Assembly (NCBI RefSeq): GCF_031769215.1
Contig: NW_026782857.1
Coordinates: forward strand, 62,001 to 126,000
Direction of reading: 5' to 3'
Source of the DNA: Ylistrum balloti
Lineage: Eukaryota
Length of the DNA stretch: 64,000 bases
The notes beneath the pieces are model-generated. The model saw nothing but the letters and a program-made list of their open reading frames with translations. It had not been told where the DNA came from and did not search any database. Shown here one piece after another: positions 52,988 through 64,000 of the stretch; the stretch's first letter is position 1, and each line of letters starts with the position of its first letter. The position numbers were made by a program, and so were the translations under genes.

Positions 52988-55747
52988 ATGGACGATGAAA
53001 ATAACCCGGATGAAAATCCGGACCATATGTTTGACGATCCATTCATGGGCACCAATGATGAGATGAACCGTGAATATGGTCCACAGCTTCATCTGGACCC
53101 TATGTTTGAAGAAGATCCAGCCATGGGTACCAACGATGAAGTATCCGGATTCCTGAATAATCTTGTGGACCAATCCATCACTGACCTTATAGAGGATGAT
53201 ACCACTCTGGGCGAATTTCAAGATGAGGAATCGCCTTTACCAGATCTCACAGTAAAGAAAAAGAAATCAAATAAGGATTTTTCCACATCAAAGTCACTTC
53301 CTTCTCTGGACTTGAAGCAGATGGATGGCATCTCTAAAGTAAGCACACCAACACAGAAGACCAGTTCCCTCCCCAGTGTGAGGAGGAAGCCGTCCCCTGT
53401 CAGGGTTGATAACTGGGATCTCAGGAAGCACACACTTATCAGGCAATACCAGAAGGCTATGATTGACTCCTACGTTAATCATGTACCAGTGATTCGCGAA
53501 GAACCAGAAACATCCTCTAGAACGCTGACAAGCGCCGATTTAGCTTCCCCAAGTCCATCACAAACTCCTGAGGCCACCAAGAACGAAGAGGCTTGTACCC
53601 AGGACAACAATGTGGATATTGATTTTGATATGGACGATGAGATCGGGGATTTTATAAGTGATTCCCTGTCAACCATTACTAGTGAATTTAATGTGGAAGC
53701 GGAGAAGAAAATTGATCTAGTTGGAACACCAGTTGCAAGTGACAAAGCAACCCAACCTACATTGAAAAGTCTGGTCGGTGATGTCAACAGTGATCACGAA
53801 GGTCACTCTTTGAAGGAAACATCTGATGTCAACAAGGCTGAGAGAGAAATTGAGAAAGAACTTCGAAAAGATGAAGATGATTCTGTAAAGGTTGCCTCAA
53901 CTTTTATTTCCGGCCAGGAGGAAGATGTCACTGGACTCAAGGAAGCCTTAGGTAAGTTAGAACACATCAAATTCTGTGTATCTGTGCTCTCTCTTGAACA
54001 AAATTAATTGTTATCTTTAAATATCAAAATTAATGCTGAACTATTCGTAAGTATGTTTACAACAGTCTAGAAATTCTTTTAGAATTTCATTTAAAAAATA
54101 TGTTTGTTTACAAGAAAGAACATGCATCTCGCGTAACAATTTGGGAGGACATTCCATTAATTTGACATTCTTTGCAGAAATTGAGGAGGCAACTGTGGAT
54201 ATTGGCTGTGAAAAGAAGACATCTTCAGGAAGTATTTTTGGCCTAGTTTTCAAAGTAAGTATGTAAAGTCATTTTGAAAAAAAACAGCCGATGCGTAATC
54301 TTTAAAACACGATGAGGCGGAATAAAAAAACAAAGCCTGCTAATTAAAAATTTAAAAGACAGTCAAGTGAATAGTGAATTCGAGCCTAAATTTTGAAGCC
54401 TTGGAGGCGACGGACAGAAAATCTAAAGTTATCATTAGAAATGTCAAAATCAAATCAAGATGGGGTCCTTCCTGAATTTGATTATGACAATATCTGGTAG
54501 GTGTTTACTTGGGATTCTGGAAATGTAACTAATAAACCTAACAGTGTTCAGGAATAGTGGAGATGAGCTCTGAGTATGTTGTTACTTCATAGTTAGATTT
54601 CTTTTCTTTCAGAGGAGAAAATCAAAAGTCTCTCTCAAACTGAAGTTTCCATGTTTCGGATTGATATGCTGTGGAACACTGAAAGGTACTATGATTTCTC
54701 TCTTTGATTTTCCTCCCTACATCATACGACTGTTTCATTATTTGACGACTCGTCATTGATGATAAAGGCCTTACTTGTTTACACCTAGGAAGCAACTGAA
54801 GAAAATTAGACATGGTCGAATATAGCACACATATTAATTGATTTATCCTCCACACTTTGTCTAAACTTTTGATCCCTAATGCTATTTCGAAAATGGAATA
54901 CGAATTTATACGGAATAGATAAAGCCGAGAGATGTAAATAACACCCAGCAAGACATTTACATCACCTAATTGTCAATTGCATTTGTTTTTATTTTTAATC
55001 CATCGCTTTCACCGAAACGGAGATACTAATTTGGGTTTGTCAGTCACACTTTCGTTTCCGTAATCTAACTTCCCCAAATATTATTCGATTTAGATGAAAC
55101 TTGGTCAGCAGATGCATATTAGGGCACATAAGACGGGAGTTCAGCAATCAGCATCATCTGTTAATATCTATGCATACTAATTAGTTATCCTTTCATTTCA
55201 TTAGTCGGTCAGCTTTTGTGCTCTAAATTTCCTAAACATAATCTGATTTAGATAATTTTACATAGCATTATGACATGTTTACCCATAACCTCTAAAATAT
55301 TTACTTACAATATGTTTGGAAAGCGGGGGATATAAATTCCATGAATTTGCTTGTTAGTTTATATGATTGATAACATGTATATTATATTTATTTTATTAAC
55401 ACAGGATGAATTCTGGATAGTGTCACCTTGGCTTGCCGATGTTTGCTATAATAATCTATTGTTTTCGCAGACTTTTGGTTTCCTTGTCATATGTTCGCCG
55501 TAACGGTTTTGCTGCTTGCTATTATGTCTGTCATGCTGTTTCGTTGCCACCATTTTGATGATGATACTGGAACACGACTGGCCGCAACGTTTAGTGATGT
55601 TTTTTTATTTCAGATGTTAATGAGGATAGTAACTCACAGAGTAACTTAAATACTGCTCAAGCTAAGAAACCTGGACTCGTGAAAAGATTATTCCCCTTCC
55701 TGAAGAAAAAAGGAGCTCGCGTTGCTCCTGTTATCGATCAGAACTAG
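52988..55747 (+). CDS. Uncharacterised acidic, probably disordered protein, about 415 aa, 4 coding exons
   Basis: Exons 52988-53951 (ORF 52883-54007; acceptor at about 52937; TTAG/gtaagt), 54178-54254, 54613-54685, 55614-55747 join in phase. Ends KKPGLVKRLFPFLKKKGARVAPVIDQN stop. No family recognised. Confidence 0.72.
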
Positions 55748-56044
55748 ATAAATAATCTATTTAATTTTATATAAGTATACGTTTGATATAGGATATTGGT
55801 AATTTTATTTATTAATTAGATAATAAGATATAGATTTTATGATAATTTATATTTTTTCCGATTTTAAAAATAAGATATTTTATAGTCTTTTTAGTCAGAA
55901 GAAAAGTTGAATATTTGTTAAAGAAAATGTGCATAGATTGATTTTGGTTTCATTTAGGTATTTTTTTCTGATTCAAAAACAACAGTAGCTTCTTATTTCA
56001 TAGGCGTTTTTGTATCTATCGATGGTTATTCATGATTAATTAAT

Positions 56045-56375
56045 TCGGAGATGGAGGGCAGCGATTGTTTTGGATTAATTTAGATTTTTATACTTTAAGT
56101 CTGCGATGGAGGGCAGCGATTGTTTTGGATTAATTTAGATTTTTATACTTTAAGTCTGTGATGGAGGGCAGCGATTGTTTTTGGATCAATTTGGATTTTT
56201 ATACTATAAGTCTATGATGGAGGGCAGTGATTATATTGAATATTTATACTATAAGTCTATGATGGAGGGCAGCGATTATATTGGATTTTTATACTATAAG
56301 TCTATTTATGATGGAGGGCAGTGATTATTTTTGGATCAATTTGGATTTTTATATTATAAGTCTATGATGGAGGCA
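56045..56375. repeat. ~56-nt repeat, about 6 copies
   Basis: GATGGAGGGCAGCGATTGTTTTGGAT...TTTTTATACT(T/A)TAAGTCT. Confidence 0.92.
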
Positions 56376-56899
56376 TATATCTATATCTAACAACCTTCTT
56401 ATACCTTTCAACACTTGACAACTATCACAGCACATTCCTTCATATCAAACCACCTTCTAGTTCCTTTAATTGAGTAGGAACTGTCGCATCACGTTACTTC
56501 ATATCAAACCCACATTCTTATGAATGGAAGGTATTTTGGTAGAAAAGAAAAACAACAAAATGAGAGTGGGCCTACCCAGACCTATAAGAGGGTTTGGTAC
56601 AAAGGAAATTCTACGAATGTTGGATATTGCTATGACTGGCTGAACAGGACGTTGCTATGTTGGACAGCGTCGTGATAGGCTGGAATGTGCTGCAAAACCC
56701 CGAGTCGTAAATTTATATGCTGGAGCGTGCATATGTGTGCTGAATCAGGGCACTCGACTTTAGACTAGCACTAGGATGTGCTGATACAAACCTGATATAC
56801 CAGAATACTATATGTGTTACTGAACGATACGATAGGGCATGTCATAATGCTACAAATTGTGGTTCCGTCTTGCATAGTGTGTGGTGTATTGTACCGTAG

Positions 56900-58560
56900 C
56901 GTGGTTTGAAACACTGGAGCGTTGAACATCCACTGAATCGAAGTGTGATAATTTAAGGGCATGCTATAACGTCCTGTGGCGTGTTATAGTGCACTGGAGC
57001 GTTGAATGTTCACTAATCCGAGGAGTGGTGCTTTGAGGGCATGTATTGTATTTATATCGGATCGTAGTGTGATGCATGTGATGTGGTATAATGTCCTGTA
57101 GCGTGGTATGGTGTACTGAAGTGTTGAAAAGTACGCTGGACTGTGGTGTGATCCGTTGAGGAAATGGTAAAATTTTCAGCGACGTGGTACAATTAACTGT
57201 AGCGTGGCCTTGATAATGATGAACGTTGAATTGTACATTGAATCATGGTGTAACTCACTGCGTGTGGCATGAGGTGCTGGGCGAGGTTTGCTTATCAGGG
57301 ACATTAAATCCTTCACATATTTAGGAACGTTAAATTAATCTGTGATATATTGGGGGCATGGTGCAAATCTCTACTCATGATTTGATGCTTATGATCATTG
57401 TTTTGGACACTGAATCGTAGTATGATACATTAACCGAGGTTTGCTTATCAGAGACATTAAATCCTTCACATATTTAGGAACGTTAAATTAATCTGTGATA
57501 TATTTTGCTTATCATGATTTGATGCTTATGACATTGTTTCTGAATCGTAGTATGATACATTAACCACTCGGTATAATGTCCTGTATCATGGCATGGTGCA
57601 CTGGAGCGTTGAATGTTCACTGATTCGAGGAGCGATGCTTTGAGGGCATGCAGTGTATTTATATCGGATCGTAGTGTGATGCATGTGATGTGGTATAATG
57701 TCCTGTAGCGTGGTATGGTGTACTGAAGTGTTGAAAAGTACGCTGGACTGTGGTGTGATCCGTTGAGGAAATGGTAAAATTTTCAGCGACGTGGTACAAT
57801 TAACTGTAGCGTGGCCTTGATAATGATGAACGTTGAATTGTACATTGAATCATGGTGTAACTCACTGCGTGTGGCATGAGGTGCTGGGCGAGGTTTGCTT
57901 ATCAGGGACATTAAATCCTTCACATATTTAGGAACGTTAAATTAATCTGTGATATATTGGGGGCATGGTGCAAATCTCTACTCATGATTTGATGCTTATG
58001 ATCATTGTTTTGGGCACTGAATCGTAGTATGATACATTAACCACTCGGTATAATGTCCTGTATCATGGCATAGTGCACTGGAGCGTTGAATGTTCACTGA
58101 TTCGAGGAGCGATGCTTTGAGGGCATGCAGTGTATTTATATCGGATCGTGGTGTGATGCATGTGATGTGGTATAATGTCCTGTAGCGTGGTATGGTGTAC
58201 TGAAGTGTTGAAAAGTGCACTGGACTGTGGTGTGATCCATTGAGGAAATGGTAAAGTTTTCGGCGGCGTGGTACAATTAATTGTAGCGTGGCCTTGATAA
58301 TGATGAACGTTGAATTGTACATTGAATCATGGTGTAACTCATTGCGTGTGGCATTAGGTGCTGGGCAAGGTTTGCTTATCAGGGACATTAAATCCTTTAC
58401 ATATTTAGGAACAATGAATTAATTTATGATATATCGGGGGCATGGTGCAAATCTCTACTCATGATTTGATGCTAATGGTCATTGTATTGGACACTGAATC
58501 GTAGTATGATACATTAACCACTCGGTATAATGTCCTGTATCATGGCATGGTGCACTGGAG
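56900..58560. repeat. 477-bp tandem repeat, about 3.5 copies, one with a 130-nt internal duplication
   Basis: ctggag landmark at 56994, 57601, 58078 and 58555 (spacings 607, 477, 477). Confidence 0.93.
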
Positions 58561-59031
58561 TTTGATTCACTGGTATCGTATATGGCAGCTGATATGATAA
58601 GTTGAGTTTGGATAAGTACTTTGTTATCAGTGTGGTATTACCTAATTTGGTTGTATCTAGTTTTCCTGGCGCTGATGTTCAGTAGTAGGAGTTGCATGAT
58701 GTAGTATAAAGTGTCCCATTAGTGCATGAAGTCTTCATTGAATTACATATCGTTGAAGCATTTTACTAGTGCCAGGTGTCTGACCATTCCATAGGTTTCT
58801 CACATTGTTACATTCCAAAGCAGTTTAGAAATAGATCATTCATCGTTCAAATAATTCCAAAGGACGTAGGTTATTCCAAAGATATTCTTTGAAATAAGTA
58901 TATAAGATCGAAGATTTAAGATAGCACGTAAGATCTGTCAGCAAAGTACGATATACTATTGATTAGTTTAGGTAGGTCTAGAACTAAACAAACGTGTTCT
59001 GTCGACGACCAAGTTCCCTGCCAGTGTTCTG

Positions 59032-60668
59032 ATGATGGCCGCTAAAAAAGTAAAGGTGAGGATCATTTATTCAACTTTAGAATTATAATTGTGTTTTCTC
59101 ATTGAAATATAATTGCATAATTTAAAACAATTTTATCTATTTTTAAGTGTGGTTAAAATGTTTTTAAAAGATTCTTATACATACGGAATAATATTTTGTC
59201 GTGACATGTCACTAAAATATTAACTAATTTGATGTAAGATTTCTATAGAGTTTAATAACTTGTCGTGTGTGTCAACAGAGGATGATGAATTGATAGCATT
59301 CGTCTGTCCTTGTATTTATTACAAGGAACATGTAGCGATGTCGTTTATAATTAAATGCATTGCTTGTTTTTATTTGTGTTATATAAACACTTGTGTTTAT
59401 AACTTATAATAGGACTTGTTTAACATGTTGGACATATTTCTTTTTTAAGTTCCACACTAAGAGCCTCACGCCAGAAGACAAACAAGAACCGTGGTACCAT
59501 GCAATAGTCCTGTCGAAACTCCGAAACTCCAAGACATTATTTGTTTCATTAAGTGTAAGTGCAATAGGGTTATACAAAAGACACAACTTTTAGTATAAGT
59601 TTAGAATTAACTAAAATACTAAATAATTAATTAAATCACATCGTCCAGGTAAAGGCCTAAATATTGAAACCTAGGAAACGACTGAGGAAAATACACTGTA
59701 TCGAACGAAATATAAAACTCAAGATTTAGGGTGTGCTAGCCCGTATTTGTTTGATTTATTACAAAGGAGATAATTACTTTGCACATGCTAAGTGAATAAA
59801 AAAGCAAACATATAATTTGATTCATGAAAGTTATACTTCTTCGTGAACAGTATAAAATTGATTAAACGTGATATTTTATTCATGAAAATCATAAAAATTG
59901 TTTTACTCGATTATATAATTCTTTCACTTATTTAAGAATGCTATATACTGTAAACATACTCAAGTTGGTCGCAAACTTTAGTGCAATATCACTTTCTGGC
60001 AAAATAGCGTAATCACCGGTAATTAACGCATTCACTGTGATTACTCTATAAATAAAGCACAGCATAATATTTCATAGCGATATGTACTAAAATCAGATAA
60101 CCGGTAAATAGTGAACGTTTACAGTAATTTTGTACCTCTGTTATTTTATCCATAAAAATGATGACATTTACATGTACGTATTCCTGCAAGATTTTAACCA
60201 TCAAAAAGTTTAAATTGTGGACAAATCTTATTTCATAAAAGGATTAAAGGATTAGGCTGTTCATTTTTGTGTGTATGATCGAGAGAGTAAAATTGTATTA
60301 TTTCATTCATAAAAAGTGTAAAATTCTATTTAAGTTCTGCATCATTCTATACATGAACAGGATGAAAATATAAACCTGTATTTTTCAACCATGAAAGTGA
60401 TACATTTCTATAGGTGTTTAACTAGTTTTATCACGAGGGGTTGTTTTATCATTAACTTGACTTTTGTCCATGTAATGGTTCAATTCTTACATTTGTTTTC
60501 AGTGAACACCTAAACAAGAACTGGAGACACACAAGGGATGAGTTCAAAGCATTAGATAATGAAGATGTAAAGATGTGTCATGCTGTCAGATTAAACACAA
60601 GAAACCAAATCAATAATGAAAGCAGTACAATGTCAAAAGGACTTGAGAAAGAGTACTTCCACAGATGA
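59032..60668 (+). CDS. Possible small 3-exon gene (77 aa)
   Basis: 59032-59055 (MMAAKKVK / gtgagg), 59450-59493 and 60503-60668 join in phase; no homology recognised; the second donor is weak. Confidence 0.3.
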
Positions 60669-62419
60669 AGCATTATGACTAAAATTCAAAAGAGAGGAGG
60701 AAAGGACTGGTTGTTTCAATGAATTAAACACGAAATCTTGCAAATACTGTATCTTAAGTGTTCTTTTTGATAACATGTACCTCCAATGAATTGAAGCAGG
60801 GAATGATTAACAAATTATATATTTCCTATAGTCTACTAAAATCATATAACTTTATCTGACAACAGGTTATCATAGGAATCGATTACTTTATCTTGGTTGT
60901 AGTCAATGACAATGTTTCCAATGTAGTATAATAGTGACAAGGTTATCGTTGGAAAATTGCAGCGATCAAATTTCACTGGACATAGATATATGGTTGTATG
61001 TCGAAATGTCTGGATGTGATATTGACAGTCGGCATCTGTCTAGATTTGTTCTATTCTATTTGTTCTATTCTATTCTTGATATATAGCTACATGTCAAAAT
61101 CTGCTTAGATTTTATATTGTTTTTAGCCGGCATCTCCTGATAAGATATTGCTCAAGTCCAAATATTTGTATTATTGTTTTATGGCCGGAAACATTTTGTT
61201 GACATGATATTTGCATATGACAGAATTGTGTAGACATGATATCGTTTGTATCGGATTATTTTCTGGATATATTTGTATGATTATTTGTCATCCCTATTGT
61301 GTCGTATTAATGACTGATAAAACACCATCGTCTTAAGAAGTCAGCAATAGTTTGCTCATTTGAAAATTGAAATATAAATATCAACAAAATGTAAAACACG
61401 TTTGCAACATCTGAATGACTGGCTGCCCTGGAGCAACTTACAAGGATTACACATCTGTAAAAAATGTTGCCAGATATAAACTGAGAGACACCATAAATAT
61501 ACTATATACATATGACAAGAATTTTTGTTAGGTGCTAATGAGAACACACAAATCACTCATGTCACACGTACATCATATTTTGCTGGCTGCACATTTTTTT
61601 CATTCTAAAACTCTCATTTTGAATTCAAATTGTCATAAACTGAGATATCATTTGTCGTTAAGTAGCCGACTCCATGGAGATTCTAACTACATAATTGTAT
61701 TTTAATATCTATCTACGTAACTATGTTAATCTCGTTGTAATCAACGTTTCGTTTGGCATTGTTATTATTCAATGGGATCCCTGTTACTTTAATTACAATA
61801 TCTGACGAGTTAGCAGAAAACTGTTATGGGATTTAACACAATTCTACTGGAGACCTAAGGTGTACAGTGTGTCCGGACGATGAGATAGCGGTATTGCTGA
61901 TATTCAGGTAACCAGAACTGATGTTTTAGTTGGTAAACAAGTTTGTATTCTCACTTTGTAAACAGTTTGTTTGTGTTGGATTAATTAATGAAAACAGCTT
62001 ACATTGAGGTTACTAAATAACTAAAACTCGTCAATCAATTTTTTATGCCTGGTTGTATAATTTTATTTTGCTTTCTTACAATCTCTCAAAATGAAATATA
62101 AGTAAACTTAGAAATAATATTGACATGTTTTCATGATGAGATTTTAGATGGCATATCAGGCGATGGCAATGAAAGATACTAAAATTATCTTATTAAAAAA
62201 CAAGTGGAGTGTGCCTTAATACTAGTCAACATCAATCGACCAATTAATTATACAATTTTACTCAAGTTTACTGAAAAAATTGGATTATCCATCTGCATAT
62301 TTCACACATGATGTTTTACCTGTAAGATAGACGGAAGACCAACATTTGAAAACATCGGTGCTTCACAATTTAAAAATGAAATTGGATTATTTACCTTTAT
62401 CACAAATCCAGGTTTAGCA

Positions 62420-63965
62420 GTGGATTACCGATCCGAATAATAGATATGAGATTACCGACCTCAATAAACATAGCAACAAGCACCTTCCTGAATAACAAGT
62501 AATGTACTACCTACCTAAATATAAAAAACATGCAGGTTTTCGACTTTTATTTGTTATTACTAACAGTTATAAAAAGCGGATTACCGACCTTCATTACAAA
62601 CAGTGAATTATCGTCCTACATGAAAAACAGTGGATTACCGACACCGATCATAAACAGAGGATTACCAGCTGCAATAAAAAAGATGAAGCATCGATCTCGA
62701 TAACAAACAGATGATTACCAACCTAAACAACAAACATTTAATTACTAACCTAAATAACGAAGATTGAATTCCCAATTTCAGTAACAAACAGTGGATTACC
62801 TACTTTAATAACAAACTGGATTAAAGACCTAAATAATAAGAAGAGGATTACATATCTTAATAACAAACTGGATTAACGACCTCAATAACAAGAAGAGAAT
62901 TACCTACTTTAATAACAAACTGGATTAACGACCTCAATAACAAGAAGAGGATGACTTACCTTAATAACAAACTGGATTAACGACCTCAATAACAAGAAGA
63001 GGATGACTTACCTTAATAAATTGGATTAACGACCTCAATAACAAGAAGAGGATGACTTACCTTAATAAATTGGATTAACGACCTCAATAACAAGAAGAGG
63101 ATGACTTACCTTAATAACAAACTGGATTAACGACCTCAATAACAAGAAGAGGATGACTTACCTTAATAACAAACTGGATTAACGACCTCAATAACAAGAA
63201 GTGGTTACCTACCTTAATAACAAATTGGATTAACGACCTCAACACATATGGGATTTCGATATGTATAGAAAACAGTAATTAATAGCGGATTACCTACTAA
63301 CTTTACAAAAAGTGAAATACCTCCCGACAAAAAATAGTGGATTATCGAACTATATCATAAACAGTGAATTGCAACAATGATTTACAGTGGATTACCGAAC
63401 TAAAAACAGTGGATTAGCAACCTAACAGTAAGAAATAGAGAATTACCGACTTGAATTATAAACAATGAATTACCGTCTTACATGAAAACAGTGGATGACT
63501 AACCTTTACAGCCCACATTATATATTATTCTATATATTCCGATCAGCATGGCTGTGTAAATATTGGATTACTTGTATAATTAAAAATGGATTACTGACGT
63601 GAATCATAAACACTGGATAAAAAAATGTCGATCAAAACAGTGGATTTCTGACCTCAGACCACAATAGTTAACAGTCGATTACCGACTACAATAACAAACA
63701 TTGGATTACCAACTTCAATAATAATCAGGAGATTACCGACTCAGACCTCAATAATATCCAGTGGATTATAGATCTCAATAATAAACTGGATTACAGATCT
63801 CAATAACAAACAGTCGATTACCGACCTCAGACCTCAGTAATTAACGGTGTATTACTTCAATAACTATTGTGAATTACCGATCTCAAAAACAAGTGAGTTA
63901 TCGACCTCAATAAGAAACAATGGAATACCGACCTCAATAATAAACAGTGGATTATAGATTTCAAA
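62420..63965. repeat. Degenerate ~25-nt satellite with a homogenised ~51-nt core at 62800-63240
   Basis: GGATTA(C/A)CGACCTCAATAA(C/T)AA variants throughout. Confidence 0.9.
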
Positions 63966-64000
63966 AAACATAACAAAACAAAAAACAAAAACAAAAAAAA

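Noticed and set aside
54439-54496. Extra exon (KCQNQIKMGSFLNLIMTIS) in the plus-strand gene
   Set aside because: Including its 58 nt shifts the frame and stops the last exon after two codons.

Overview
Eukaryotic, AT-rich, repeat-dense genomic DNA. The repeat style and intron architecture suggest a bivalve mollusc, probably an oyster (inference only). I read three spliced genes by hand using GT-AG sites and phase continuity. (1) PMS2, the MutL-alpha mismatch-repair endonuclease, on the minus strand at 70-26144: about 23 coding exons and 950 codons in the window, last exon outside it. (2) A 5'(3')-deoxyribonucleotidase (NT5C/NT5M, HAD family) on the minus strand at 34606-40558, plus a second intact, phase-compatible copy of its terminal exon at 31716-31852. 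(3) An uncharacterised acidic protein of about 415 aa on the plus strand at 52988-55747, preceded by two paralogous candidate first exons. Decayed non-LTR retrotransposons (CR1 and others) lie between PMS2 and NT5, and Helitron/Helentron-like non-autonomous elements are scattered throughout. More than 25 unrelated minisatellite arrays are present. Five of them are built from an exon-intron junction of their host gene, so real splice sites sit at the edge of ladders of decoy donors or acceptors. In PMS2 exon 7 the ladder is in frame and stop-free. No rRNA, tRNA or CRISPR array is supported. Repeat boundaries are approximate.
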